Positions 1-8,909 of a stretch of DNA of 32,000 nt are shown piece after piece. The stretch is from Sinorhizobium meliloti (GTDB taxonomy: Bacteria; Pseudomonadota; Alphaproteobacteria; Rhizobiales; Rhizobiaceae): positions 240,001 to 272,000 of the forward strand of contig NZ_JAGIOS010000001.1 of NCBI RefSeq assembly GCF_017876815.1. The letters are read 5' to 3'. A program made the position numbers and the translations under genes. Below the pieces are notes generated by a model. It was not told the origin of the DNA. It saw only the letters and a program-made list of their open reading frames with translations, and made no database searches. The stretch's first letter is position 1, and each line of letters opens with the position of its first letter.

Positions 1-1349
1 ATGCCGCAACGCCTGGGATCGTCGAGAAGGCGATCGCCGCGGCCAAGCGCGCGCAGCCGGAATGGGCGGCGATGAGCCCGACGGCGCGCGGCCGCATCCT
101 GAAGCGGGCCGCCGAGCTCATGCGCCAGCGCAACCGCGAGCTTTCCGAACTCGAAACGCTCGACACCGGCAAGCCGATCCAGGAAACCATCGTCGCCGAC
201 CCGACGTCCGGCGCCGACAGTTTCGAATTCTTCGGCGGCGTCGCGCCCGCCGCACTCAACGGCGATTATATCCCGCTCGGCGGCGACTTCGCCTATACGA
301 AGCGGGTGCCGCTCGGCGTCTGCGTCGGCATCGGCGCCTGGAACTATCCGCAGCAGATCGCCTGCTGGAAGGGTGCGCCTGCGCTCGTCGCCGGCAATGC
401 GATGGTGTTCAAGCCTTCGGAAAACACCCCGCTCGGCGCGCTTAAGATCGCCGAAATCCTTATCGAAGCGGGTCTGCCGAAGGGCCTGTTCAACGTCATC
501 CAGGGCGACCGCGCGACGGGCCCGCTCCTCGTCAACCATCCGGACGTCGCCAAGGTGTCGCTCACCGGCTCCGTGCCGACGGGCAAAAAAGTCGCGGGCG
601 CCGCGGCGGCCGAACTCAAGCACGTCACCATGGAGCTCGGCGGCAAGTCGCCGCTGATCGTCTTCGACGATGCCGATCTCGAAAGCGCGATCGGCGGCGC
701 CATGCTCGGCAATTTCTATTCGACCGGCCAGGTCTGCTCCAACGGCACGCGCGTCTTCGTGCAAAGGAAGATCAAGGAGCCTTTCCTCGCCCGCCTCAAG
801 GAACGCACCGAAGCGATCGTCATCGGCGACCCCCTGGACGAGGCGACGCAGCTCGGTCCGATGGTCTCGGCGGCGCAACGCGACAAGGTCTTCTCCTATA
901 TCGGGAAGGGCAAGGCGGAAGGCGCCCGCCTCGTCACCGGCGGCGGCATTCCCAATAATGTGAGCGGCGAAGGCACCTATATCCAGCCGACCGTCTTCGC
1001 CGACGTCACCGACGGGATGACGATCGCGCGCGAAGAAATCTTCGGACCGGTCATGTGCGTGCTCGACTTCGACGACGAGGTGGAAGTCATCGCACGCGCC
1101 AACGCCACCGAATTCGGCCTTTCGGCCGGCGTCTTCACCGCGGACCTCACCCGCGCCCACCGGGTCGCCGACCGGCTCGAAGCCGGCACGCTCTGGATCA
1201 ACACCTACAATCTCTGCCCGGTAGAGATCCCCTTTGGCGGGTCCAAGCAATCGGGTTTCGGGCGGGAGAATTCGGTCGCGGCGCTCAACCACTATACCGA
1301 GCTCAAGACCGTCTATGTCGGCATGGGGCCGGTCGAGGCGCCGTATTGA
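1..1349 (+). CDS. betB: Betaine aldehyde dehydrogenase, 5'-truncated by window edge
   Basis: Frame 3 is open from base 3 (..[27 protein letters not shown]..) and continues into ORF 72..1349. It has aldehyde dehydrogenase motifs (ELGGKSP, catalytic Cys in GQVCSNGTR) and lies directly upstream of betA. Confidence 0.95.
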   Translation, partial: AATPGIVEKAIAAAKRAQPEWAAMSPTARGRILKRAAELMRQRNRELSELETLDTGKPIQETIVADPTSGADSFEFFGGVAPAALNGDYIPLGGDFAYTKRVPLGVCVGIGAWNYPQQIACWKGAPALVAGNAMVFKPSENTPLGALKIAEILIEAGLPKGLFNVIQGDRATGPLLVNHPDVAKVSLTGSVPTGKKVAGAAAAELKHVTMELGGKSPLIVFDDADLESAIGGAMLGNFYSTGQVCSNGTRVFVQRKIKEPFLARLKERTEAIVIGDPLDEATQLGPMVSAAQRDKVFSYIGKGKAEGARLVTGGGIPNNVSGEGTYIQPTVFADVTDGMTIAREEIFGPVMCVLDFDDEVEVIARANATEFGLSAGVFTADLTRAHRVADRLEAGTLWINTYNLCPVEIPFGGSKQSGFGRENSVAALNHYTELKTVYVGMGPVEAPY

Positions 1350-1362
1350 AAGTTGGCGCTTG

Positions 1363-1524
1363 CCCCTCTCCTCGGGTTTAACCCGAGGACTAACCCTCTC
1401 CCCGCTCGCGGGGAGAGGGGACCGGAGGCAGCGAGCTTCCGCGCCGGCGGCAGAGGGACTGAGCGGGCGCCGCGTGTCCTTCTCCCCGCGAGCGTGGAGA
1501 AGGTGGCGGCAGCCGGATGAGGGG
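1363..1524. repeat. GC-rich palindromic intergenic mosaic repeat (RIME/Sm-repeat type) between betB and betA
   Basis: Three hairpins: cctcggg/cccgagg (1370-1388), a 10-bp stem ccctctcccc/ggggagaggg (1394-1419), and the unit ccttctccccgcgagcgtggagaaggtggcggcagccggatgagggg (1478-1524). That unit recurs at 16502-16548 (inverted) and 16647-16696. Confidence 0.8.
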
Positions 1525-1559
1525 CATGCCGAGTGCATCCAAAAAAGAAAGCAGCGAGA

Positions 1560-3209
1560 ATGCAGGCAGATTTCGTCATCATCGGTTCCGGCTCGGCGGG
1601 CTCCGCGCTCGCCTATCGCCTGTCGGAAGACGGCAGGAATTCGGTCATCGTGCTCGAGTTCGGCGGCTCGGATGTCGGTCCGTTCATCCAGATGCCGGCA
1701 GCGCTTGCCTGGCCGATGAGCATGAACCGCTATAATTGGGGCTATCTCTCCGAACCCGAGCCGAACCTCAACAACAGGCGCATCACCGCGCCGCGCGGCA
1801 AGGTGATCGGCGGCTCCTCCTCGATCAACGGCATGGTCTATGTCCGCGGCCACTCGGAAGACTTCAACCGCTGGGAGGAACTCGGCGCACAAGGCTGGGC
1901 CTATGCGGACGTGCTGCCCTATTACAAGCGGATGGAGCATTCGCATGGCGGCGAAGAGGGCTGGCGCGGCACCGACGGGCCGCTGCACGTCCAGCGCGGC
2001 CCGGTCAAGAATCCCCTTTTTCACGCCTTCATCGAAGCGGGAAAAGAGGCCGGCTTCGAAGTCACCGAGGATTATAACGGCTCGAAGCAGGAGGGCTTCG
2101 GGCTGATGGAGCAGACGACATGGCGGGGCCGCCGCTGGTCGGCCGCTTCCGCCTATCTGAGGCCGGCGCTCAAACGTCCGAATGTCGAGCTCATCCGTTG
2201 CTTCGCCCGCAAGATCGTCATCGAGAACGGCCGGGCGACGGGCGTGGAGATCGAGCGGGGCGGACGGATCGAGGTGGTGAAGGCCAATCGCGAAGTGATC
2301 GTCTCCGCCTCTTCGTTCAATTCGCCGAAGCTGCTGATGCTGTCCGGCATCGGCCCGGCTGCGCACCTCAAGGAGATGGGAATTGACGTAAAGGTCGACC
2401 GGCCCGGCGTCGGCCAGAACCTGCAGGACCACATGGAATTCTATTTCCAGCAGGTGAGCACGAAGCCGGTTTCACTCTATTCCTGGCTGCCATGGTTCTG
2501 GCAGGGCGTCGCCGGTGCGCAATGGCTCTTCTTCAAAAGAGGCCTCGGCATTTCCAACCAGTTCGAGTCCTGCGCCTTCCTGCGCTCGGCACCCGGCGTG
2601 AAGCAGCCGGACATCCAATACCACTTCCTGCCGGTGGCGATCAGCTATGACGGCAAGGCGGCGGCGAAGTCGCACGGCTTCCAGGTGCATGTCGGCTACA
2701 ACCTCTCCAAGTCGCGCGGCAACGTCTCGCTCCGCTCCTCCGACCCGAAGGCCGACCCGGTGATCCGCTTCAACTATATGAGCCATCCGGAGGACTGGGA
2801 GAAGTTCCGCCACTGCGTGCGGCTCACGCGCGAGATTTTCGGGCAGAAGGCTTTCGACCTCTATCGCGGCCCCGAAATCCAGCCCGGCGAAAAGGTGCAG
2901 ACGGACGAGGAGATCGACGGGTTCCTGCGCGAGCATCTCGAAAGCGCCTATCATCCCTGCGGCACCTGCAAGATGGGTGCGAAGGACGACCCGATGGCCG
3001 TGGTCGACCCGGAAACCCGGGTTATCGGCGTCGACGGGCTTCGTGTCGCCGACTCCTCGATCTTCCCGCACATCACCTATGGCAACCTGAACGCCCCCTC
3101 GATCATGACCGGCGAGAAGTCCGCCGATCATATCCTCGGCAGACAGCCGCTCGCCCGCTCGAACCAGGAGCCGTGGATCAATCCGCGCTGGGCGGTGAGC
3201 GACAGGTAA
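1560..3209 (+). CDS. betA: Choline dehydrogenase (GMC oxidoreductase)
   Basis: Internal ATG at 1560 gives [21 protein letters not shown] (FAD GxGxxG fold). GMC signatures are present throughout and the C-terminal HPCGTCKMG motif is there. The 9 upstream codons of ORF 1533 lie inside the repeat and are probably not translated. Confidence 0.95.
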   Translation: MQADFVIIGSGSAGSALAYRLSEDGRNSVIVLEFGGSDVGPFIQMPAALAWPMSMNRYNWGYLSEPEPNLNNRRITAPRGKVIGGSSSINGMVYVRGHSEDFNRWEELGAQGWAYADVLPYYKRMEHSHGGEEGWRGTDGPLHVQRGPVKNPLFHAFIEAGKEAGFEVTEDYNGSKQEGFGLMEQTTWRGRRWSAASAYLRPALKRPNVELIRCFARKIVIENGRATGVEIERGGRIEVVKANREVIVSASSFNSPKLLMLSGIGPAAHLKEMGIDVKVDRPGVGQNLQDHMEFYFQQVSTKPVSLYSWLPWFWQGVAGAQWLFFKRGLGISNQFESCAFLRSAPGVKQPDIQYHFLPVAISYDGKAAAKSHGFQVHVGYNLSKSRGNVSLRSSDPKADPVIRFNYMSHPEDWEKFRHCVRLTREIFGQKAFDLYRGPEIQPGEKVQTDEEIDGFLREHLESAYHPCGTCKMGAKDDPMAVVDPETRVIGVDGLRVADSSIFPHITYGNLNAPSIMTGEKSADHILGRQPLARSNQEPWINPRWAVSDR

Positions 3210-3210
3210 C

Positions 3211-3690
3211 TTATTCCGAGAGGAAACCGATCCAGCGCCCGGCAAGGACCGCGCCGGTCCAGATCGACATGGAAAGCAGCGCGGAAAGGCGGACCCTCGG
3301 GGAGAGCGGCCCGCCTTTAACGGCGTCGCGCCATTGCGGGGTCAGATGCAATATGGCCGCGTTGAGTACGCCGAGCGCGAGCAGCGTCATCTTCGTCAGG
3401 AAGGCGGGGTTGGCGGCATATTCAACCGGGCGCACGCTGAAGAGACAGAAACCGGTGGCGATGGCCAACGCTACGCCGATTGCCGCCGTACGTGAAAGAT
3501 AGGGTCCGACCACTGCGACCGGCACGCTGCGGAAGAAGCCGAGCAGCCGCAGATCGAGCGGCAGGATCGAGCCGACGATTATCCCGATCGAGAGTATGTG
3601 GGCGGCGTTCACGAAGATGTAGAGCACCGCGGAGCGCCGTATCGCCACGGCGAAGGGCAACGCCCCGATCCACGTCAGCGCCTCCTCCAT
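3211..3690 (-). CDS. Integral membrane protein, about 4 TM helices (uncharacterised DUF-type, CopD-like topology)
   Basis: The ATG at 3690 overlaps the TGA of the upstream gene (TGATG). The hydrophobic profile shows 4 TM segments, with a conserved-looking His in TM1 (NAAHILSIG) and a DLRLLG motif. The 3693 start listed in the track is TTG. Confidence 0.7.
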   Translation of the reverse strand: MEEALTWIGALPFAVAIRRSAVLYIFVNAAHILSIGIIVGSILPLDLRLLGFFRSVPVAVVGPYLSRTAAIGVALAIATGFCLFSVRPVEYAANPAFLTKMTLLALGVLNAAILHLTPQWRDAVKGGPLSPRVRLSALLSMSIWTGAVLAGRWIGFLSE

Positions 3691-4076
3691 CAATTTGTCC
3701 GAATGCGCTCCGGATAGATGTCATAGACCTTTCCGGCGACTGTGATCCGCACGGCCTTCATCCTCTTCTCGTTCCGGTCGAGCGAGCGGTTGCCGAGCAC
3801 GACGATCGGATCGCCGGCCTTGGCTGCCCCTTCCACAAAGCCCGAACGCTCGGTGAGCCGCGGGTTGCCGAGTTCGACACGCCAGGTGCCGTCATTCCGC
3901 GTCTCGACCTGAAGGGTCGGATGCGGCGGTGCCATGGAGATCTCGCGTATCGTCCCTGAAAGCTCGACCTGATCGGCCTCCGCCCAGGACCAGCCGTGAT
4001 GCGCATAGGCGCCCGTCACCAGAAGCAGGCCGAAAGCCACTCCAGCGAATATGCGGGACGGCAAGGATTTTGCCAT
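3690..4076 (-). CDS. Small secreted protein with mature N-terminus HHGWSW (DUF6152-like)
   Basis: AAGGAGA Shine-Dalgarno 7 nt upstream of the ATG at 4076. Signal peptide MAKSLPSRIFAGVAFGLLLVTGAYA with an AXA cleavage site followed by HHGW. Translationally coupled to the downstream membrane gene. Confidence 0.75.
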   Translation of the reverse strand: MAKSLPSRIFAGVAFGLLLVTGAYAHHGWSWAEADQVELSGTIREISMAPPHPTLQVETRNDGTWRVELGNPRLTERSGFVEGAAKAGDPIVVLGNRSLDRNEKRMKAVRITVAGKVYDIYPERIRTN

Positions 4077-4248
4077 GTCTTTGTCTCCTTTCGTGGGCTC
4101 GCGGGGTCAGTCTGAAAGTGGAGCACGCGAAGCAGATGGACAGAGCATTCAACGATTGTTGAACGGCAGCACCGCGCGCGAAGACAGCTGGCGGGTTTAA
4201 TCGTAAGACAATAATCTACTGGATTACTAGGTTTTCTTAGAACTTTAT

Positions 4249-4275
4249 GGATCAGAGAGATATTTGCTCTGATCC
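4249..4275. promoter_or_regulatory. Perfect 9-bp inverted repeat (ggatcagag-N9-ctctgatcc) in the AT-rich divergent region upstream of cysH
   Basis: Read directly. It lies about 80 nt upstream of the cysH start, inside the only AT-rich stretch of this intergenic region. The dyad contains ATC-N..-GAT, as LysR-type T-N11-A boxes do. Confidence 0.4.
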
Positions 4276-4355
4276 TTGAGCAATAGAAATCCGTTTTTCT
4301 GTCCATTGACACCAGCGGCTGCCATATTCCGTGCAAATTGCAACAGGATGCAGCC

Positions 4356-5153
4356 ATGACGACGCAATCCCTCAAAGCAGAAGCGGTGGCCCTCGAAGCA
4401 GACGTGATGGCCCTCGATGCGGAGGCGAAGGCCCTCAACGACAAGCTCGAAAGCCTGGATCTCGCCGGCCGGCTGGCGCTCATTGCCGGGCTTGAAGGCC
4501 GCGCGGTCTTTACCACGTCGCTCGGCATCGAGGACCAGGTCATTACCGCCGCGATCGGCAGCAACCGTCTCGACATCGAAGTCGCGACGCTGAAGACGGG
4601 CCGCCTCTTCAACGAGACGGTGGCGCTGATCGACCAGACCGAGGAAACCTATGACATCCTCATCAAGCGCTATTATCCTGAGAAAGCCGACATCGACGCC
4701 TATGTGGCGCAATACGGCATGAACGGGTTCTACGAAAGCGTGGAAGCCCGGCATGCCTGTTGCGGCGTGCGCAAGCTGAAGCCGCTTGCGCGCGCGCTCG
4801 ACGGAGCAAGCTATTGGATCACGGGCCTGCGCCGCGGGCAGTCGGGCAACCGTGCCACGACCCCTTTCGCTGAAGCCGACGTCGAGCGCGGACTCATCAA
4901 GATCAATCCGCTCGCCGACTGGGGCATCGAGACGATCCAGGCCCATGTCGCGGCAGAGGGCATTCCCGTCAACCCGCTGCACAGTCGCGGCTATCCGTCG
5001 ATCGGTTGCGAGCCCTGCACCCGTGCCATCAAGCCCGGCGAGCCGGAGCGCGCCGGCCGCTGGTGGTGGGAGAACGACGAGAAGCGCGAATGCGGCCTGC
5101 ATGTGCCGGAAGCGGCTTCCTCGATCATCCCCAACGCCAGCAACGCGGCCTGA
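4356..5153 (+). CDS. cysH: Assimilatory APS/PAPS reductase, Fe-S type
   Basis: AGGA 7 nt upstream of the ATG at 4356 (the ORF-track start at 4338 is also possible). Cys pair HACCGVRK plus GCEPCT and the C-terminal ECGLH motif are typical of the Fe-S APS-reducing class. Confidence 0.92.
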   Translation: MTTQSLKAEAVALEADVMALDAEAKALNDKLESLDLAGRLALIAGLEGRAVFTTSLGIEDQVITAAIGSNRLDIEVATLKTGRLFNETVALIDQTEETYDILIKRYYPEKADIDAYVAQYGMNGFYESVEARHACCGVRKLKPLARALDGASYWITGLRRGQSGNRATTPFAEADVERGLIKINPLADWGIETIQAHVAAEGIPVNPLHSRGYPSIGCEPCTRAIKPGEPERAGRWWWENDEKRECGLHVPEAASSIIPNASNAA

Positions 5154-5200
5154 GCGCCACGCGCCGCACCCGAAGACCACGATCTTCCCCGGAGTCAGCA

Positions 5201-6154
5201 ATGCCCCATACTCTTCCGGAAACGGAACTGCACAATCCGCAGAGCACGAAACCGCCGCTCGATCCGCATCTGAAGGCGCTCGAGAACGAAGCGATTCACA
5301 TCTTCCGCGAGGTCGCGGCCGAATTCGAGCGCCCGGTGATGCTCTACTCGATCGGCAAGGATTCGTCGGTCCTGCTGCATCTTGCCCGCAAGGCCTTCTA
5401 TCCCGGCCGCATCCCCTTCCCGCTCCTGCATGTCGACACCGGCTGGAAGTTCCGCGAGATGATCGCATTCCGTGACGAGATGGTCGCGAAATACGATCTC
5501 GACCTCGTTGCCCACACCAATCCGCGCGGCGCAGCCGAGAACGTCACGCCGTTCACGCACGGTTCGGCGCTCTATACCGACATCATGAAGACCGAAGCGT
5601 TGCGCCAGGCGCTCGACGCTGGCCAGTACGACGCCGCATTTGGCGGCGCGCGCCGTGACGAGGAGGCAAGCCGTGCCAAGGAGCGCATCTATTCCTTCCG
5701 CACGCCGGATCATCGCTGGGATCCACGCAACCAGCGCCCGGAACTGTGGAACGTCTATAACGGCATGATCCGCAAGGGCGAGAGCGTCCGCGCCTTCCCT
5801 CTGTCCAACTGGACCGAGGTCGACATCTGGCGCTACATCCAGGCGGAAGATATCCCGATCGTGCCGCTCTATTTCGCCAAGAAGCGCCCCGTCGTAGAGC
5901 GCGACGGCATGCTGATCCTCGCCGAGGATCCTCGTCTCGAGCTGCTTCCCGGCGAGGTCAAGCGCGAGGAAGTCATCCGCTTCCGCACGCTCGGCTGCTT
6001 CCCGCTCACGGGTGCGATCCGCTCCGAAGCCGACACGCTCGACGACATCATTGCCGAACTTGAAACCGCGACCGTCTCCGAACGTCAGGGCCGCGCGATC
6101 GACCGCGACCAGGCCGGTTCGATGGAAAAGAAGAAACGCGAAGGATATTTCTGA
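5201..6154 (+). CDS. cysD: Sulfate adenylyltransferase subunit 2
   Basis: GGAG 6 nt upstream of the ATG at 5201. PP-loop SIGKDSSV. The N-terminal 65 codons of ORF 5006 overlap cysH and are Arg/Pro-rich, so they look spurious. Confidence 0.95.
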   Translation: MPHTLPETELHNPQSTKPPLDPHLKALENEAIHIFREVAAEFERPVMLYSIGKDSSVLLHLARKAFYPGRIPFPLLHVDTGWKFREMIAFRDEMVAKYDLDLVAHTNPRGAAENVTPFTHGSALYTDIMKTEALRQALDAGQYDAAFGGARRDEEASRAKERIYSFRTPDHRWDPRNQRPELWNVYNGMIRKGESVRAFPLSNWTEVDIWRYIQAEDIPIVPLYFAKKRPVVERDGMLILAEDPRLELLPGEVKREEVIRFRTLGCFPLTGAIRSEADTLDDIIAELETATVSERQGRAIDRDQAGSMEKKKREGYF

Positions 6155-7650
6155 TGACCGCACCGGCAGCAGCGAACGCAGCCCTGGACCAAACCGTCGT
6201 ATCCCTCCCGGTGCAGGAGACTGCGCGGGTCGTGCGCGACACGCGCCCCCTTCGCCTCATCACCTGCGGCAGCGTCGATGACGGCAAATCGACGCTGATC
6301 GGCCGGCTGCTTTGGGACACCAAGGCGGTCAAGGAAGACCAGGCGGCAAGCCTTCAGCGCGATTCCAGCGGCAAGCAGAACGATCTCGGCCTCCCGGATT
6401 TCGCTCTCCTGCTCGACGGCCTTCAGGCCGAGCGGGAACAGGGCATAACCATCGATGTCGCCTATCGCTATTTCGCGACCGACAAGCGCTCCTTCATCGT
6501 CGCCGACACGCCCGGCCACGAGCAATACACGCGCAATATGGCGACCGGCGCTTCGACCGCCGACCTCGCCGTGCTGCTCGTCGACGCACGTGTCGGCCTT
6601 TTGGAGCAGACCCGCCGCCACGCGACGATCGCGACGCTGATGGGCATCCGCCAGTTCGTGCTCGCCGTCAACAAGATCGACCTGACGAACTACGACCGCG
6701 CCCGCTTCGATCAGATCTCGCACGAGTTCCGGGAACTGGCCCTTTCGCTCGGAGTCCGCCAGGTCACCGCAATTCCGGTCTCGGCGCTCAAGGGCGAGAA
6801 CGTCGTCTATGACGGCCGCGCTTCCATGCCCTGGTATGACGGCCCGACGCTGATCGAGATTCTGGAGCTTGCCACGACCCGCTCCGCCCAGACCGTCGGC
6901 TTCCGCCTGCCGGTGCAGCGCGTATCGCGCCCGGGAGAAAGCTTCCGCGGTTATCAGGGCACGGTCGCCGGCGGCTCGGTGAAGCCGGGGGACTCCGTCG
7001 TCATCCTGCCGTCCGGCATGGTCGCCAATGTGAGCAAGATCGTCACCTTCGATCTCGTGCGCAATGCGGCGGTTGCCGGCGACGCGATCACGCTGGTGCT
7101 CGACCGCCAGGTGGACGTTTCCCGCGGCGACGTGATCGCCTCGATCGACAGCCAGCCGATGACCGGGCTCGCCTTCGATGCGCAACTCGTGGCGCTGCAG
7201 CCGGAAGGCATCCAGCCGGGCAAGCGCTACTGGCTGAAGTCCGGCAGCCGCCGCCAGCGCGTGCAGGTGCAGCCGGTCAGTCAGCTCGAACTCAAGAGCG
7301 GCAAGTGGAACCACGCAGACGAATTGCCGATGAATGCGATCGGCAAGGTGCACCTCGCCTTCGACGAACAGGCGATCTTCGACACCTATGAGCAGAACCG
7401 CACGACCGGCGCCTTCATCCTGATCGACCCCGACACCAACAACACGGTGGCCGGCGGCATGATCACCGCCAAGCGCGCCGCGCTCGGGGGCATCCATGCC
7501 GAGGAGAGCCGTGTGATCCTGTCTCTGCCGGCCGATCTCGCCGATCAGCTCATGGCAACGGAGCTCTTTGCAAGCCGCCGCGAAGACGTGGAGGTGCGTC
7601 GTGTCACGGCCGGCAAGGCGGTCAACATCATAGACGCGATTGACGGGTGA
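6154..7650 (+). CDS. cysN: Sulfate adenylyltransferase subunit 1 (GTPase), no fused APS-kinase domain
   Basis: ATGA overlap with the cysD stop. G-motifs GSVDDGKST, DTPGH and NKID. The 498-aa length leaves no room for a CysC domain. Confidence 0.95.
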   Translation: MTAPAAANAALDQTVVSLPVQETARVVRDTRPLRLITCGSVDDGKSTLIGRLLWDTKAVKEDQAASLQRDSSGKQNDLGLPDFALLLDGLQAEREQGITIDVAYRYFATDKRSFIVADTPGHEQYTRNMATGASTADLAVLLVDARVGLLEQTRRHATIATLMGIRQFVLAVNKIDLTNYDRARFDQISHEFRELALSLGVRQVTAIPVSALKGENVVYDGRASMPWYDGPTLIEILELATTRSAQTVGFRLPVQRVSRPGESFRGYQGTVAGGSVKPGDSVVILPSGMVANVSKIVTFDLVRNAAVAGDAITLVLDRQVDVSRGDVIASIDSQPMTGLAFDAQLVALQPEGIQPGKRYWLKSGSRRQRVQVQPVSQLELKSGKWNHADELPMNAIGKVHLAFDEQAIFDTYEQNRTTGAFILIDPDTNNTVAGGMITAKRAALGGIHAEESRVILSLPADLADQLMATELFASRREDVEVRRVTAGKAVNIIDAIDG

Positions 7651-7670
7651 CCTGACAGAGTCATCGATGA

Positions 7671-7802
7671 GCAGAGGGGCCGTCAGGCCCCTTTTTGCTG
7701 CGCAGCTTTCGACAGGTTGGCGATTGGCGGGTTATCATGGACGATCAAGGTGTTGTCCTCGACATCATCAAGATCGGCTCTCGCGGCAGCGTCTACGAAT
7801 AG
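7671..7802 (+). pseudogene. C-terminal remnant of a RelE/ParE-fold toxin gene
   Basis: The frame reads ..LLRSFRQVGDWRVIMDDQGVVLDIIKIGSRGSVYE*. This matches the C-terminal signature of RelE/ParE/HigB toxins (GDYRVIY..D...V.VL.VGHR..VY). The frame is closed by TGA at 7668, so only about 44 codons remain and the cysN terminator lies inside them. The stop overlaps the AGGAG Shine-Dalgarno of the next gene. Confidence 0.55.
7675..7696 (+). terminator. Rho-independent terminator of the cysHDN operon
   Basis: aggggcc-gtca-ggcccct stem-loop followed by TTTT, 25 nt after the cysN stop. Confidence 0.8.
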
Positions 7803-7811
7803 GAGTCCGTT

Positions 7812-8168
7812 ATGCAGACCATTACCACCCCGGGTGGCGAAACCCTGGTCGTCCTTCCCATTGCTGAATATGAAGATTTGCTCGATAGGGCCGATATCGC
7901 GCAGGCCGACAAGGTGAAGGCCGATATCGCCGCTGGCCGCGACGAGCTCGTGCCGGCCGAGGTCGTCAACCGTCTTCTGGCTGGCGAGAACGCGGTCAAG
8001 GTCTGGCGCTCCCATCGCGGCATGGCCGCTCGAGAATTGGCGAAGAAGGCCAGGATCAGCGCTCCCTATCTCTCCGAAATCGAGAGCGGGAAGAAGGACG
8101 GAAGTCTTTCAACCATGAAGAAGATTGCCGAAGCTCTCTCCGTGGATCTCGACGATCTGGCGCAATAA
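7812..8168 (+). CDS. HTH XRE-family protein, HigA-like antitoxin architecture
   Basis: AGGAG 6 nt upstream. The C-terminal XRE HTH is RGMAARELAKKARISAPYLSEIESGKK. An acidic N-terminal extension could be the toxin-neutralising segment. Confidence 0.85.
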   Translation: MQTITTPGGETLVVLPIAEYEDLLDRADIAQADKVKADIAAGRDELVPAEVVNRLLAGENAVKVWRSHRGMAARELAKKARISAPYLSEIESGKKDGSLSTMKKIAEALSVDLDDLAQ

Positions 8169-8173
8169 GGCGT

Positions 8174-8317
8174 TCAGGCGCGCGGCTCGATCGTCGCGAG
8201 ATCGATCGTCAGCGGCGGCGGATCGGCATGATTCCAAAGCTGATAGCCGACCACGCTGCCGAGAATGGCTGCCCAGACGACAAATTCACGTAGAGTGAAG
8301 ATAGGTTCTTTCGACAT
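8174..8317 (-). CDS. Possible 47-aa single-pass membrane protein
   Basis: Internal ATG at 8317 with GAGG 6 nt upstream. It encodes MSKEPIFTLREFVVWAAILGSVVGYQLW.. with one TM helix. The upstream part of ORF 8174..8482 is not protein-like. Confidence 0.4.
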   Translation of the reverse strand: MSKEPIFTLREFVVWAAILGSVVGYQLWNHADPPPLTIDLATIEPRA

Positions 8318-8553
8318 CGCTGCCTCACGGGTTTGCACTTTGAAGCATATTCGCGCCGATTGTTCACTCCGATAAGACGGAGATTCGAGAACAAGCCGTT
8401 TCCCTGTGAACAATAAAAGCGTGGCAAAGCTACGCCGGACCCGCACCGTCCGGTTGGCGGGGCCTATCGCTATCGCGATCAAGACCTGAGGCCGCGCGTC
8501 ACCCGGCTAAGAAGCCGGATCAACAACAACAATAATCGGGGGATTGTTTCAGC

Positions 8554-8630
8554 TGGTCGGAGTGGAGTGATTCGAACACTCGACCCCCACGTCCCGAACG
8601 TGGTGCGCTACCAGACTGCGCTACACTCCG
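8554..8630 (-). tRNA. tRNA-Pro (anticodon CGG)
   Basis: Manual cloverleaf: acceptor CGGAGTG/CACTCCG, D stem GCGC/GCGC, anticodon stem CCACG/CGTGG with loop TTCGGGA, T arm GAGTG-TTCGAAT-CACTC, encoded CCA. Confidence 0.95.
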
Positions 8631-8645
8631 TGACCAGCGGCGCCT

Positions 8646-8674
8646 CTATAGAACAGCATTTTTGATTTCACAAG
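8646..8674 (-). promoter_or_regulatory. Sigma-70-type promoter for tRNA-Pro
   Basis: The minus strand reads CTTGTG-N17-CTATAG, ending about 15 nt before the tRNA 5' end. This is close to the rhizobial consensus CTTGAC-N17-CTATAT. Confidence 0.55.
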
Positions 8675-8909
8675 CGCCTATCGCAAAAAAGACCGCGCTA
8701 AGGGTCAAAATATTCCGGCCGCCGGCACGCCCGACTCATGCGGGAATAGGGCGTTTCTGCAACGCTCTCCAATTTCCTCGGCGGCAATGCTCCGTGCCGA
8801 TTTTCTTTCACGGCTTTTAGCGCTAGAGCCTCGGCGGACCGCAAGGAAAACCGGGGGATTCCGGCCCTTCCGCGCCGCAGGTTTCAGGACATATCTAAGG
8901 GACAGACAC

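Noticed and set aside
62-445. 127-aa and other short plus-strand ORFs out of frame within betB and betA: 62-445, 373-657, 670-963, 1055-1381, 1736-2077 and similar.
   Set aside because: They are alternative frames of well-supported genes, and their Arg/Pro/Ser-rich translations are GC artefacts.
3207-3213. The betA stop (TAA, 3207-3209) and the convergent membrane-gene stop (3211-3213) are 1 nt apart, with no terminator between them.
   Set aside because: This is real in the sequence but probably just compact convergent gene ends. The consequence (transcriptional collision or antisense overlap) is speculative and I see no associated structure.
6085-7497. 470-aa ORF antisense to cysN. The same pattern recurs in other long antisense ORFs: 4245-5468(-), 5195-6163(-), 9287-10561(+), 10802-11902(+), 13341-14390(-), 14391-15365(+), 16744-18264(+), 19569-20306(+), 22113-23174(+), 26024-27289(-), 28115-29161(+) and 29974-30936(-).
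   Set aside because: Each lies fully opposite a gene with strong family motifs. Their translations are Arg/Gly/Ala/Pro/Asp-rich with no recognisable motifs. Stop-poor antisense frames are expected at this GC content.
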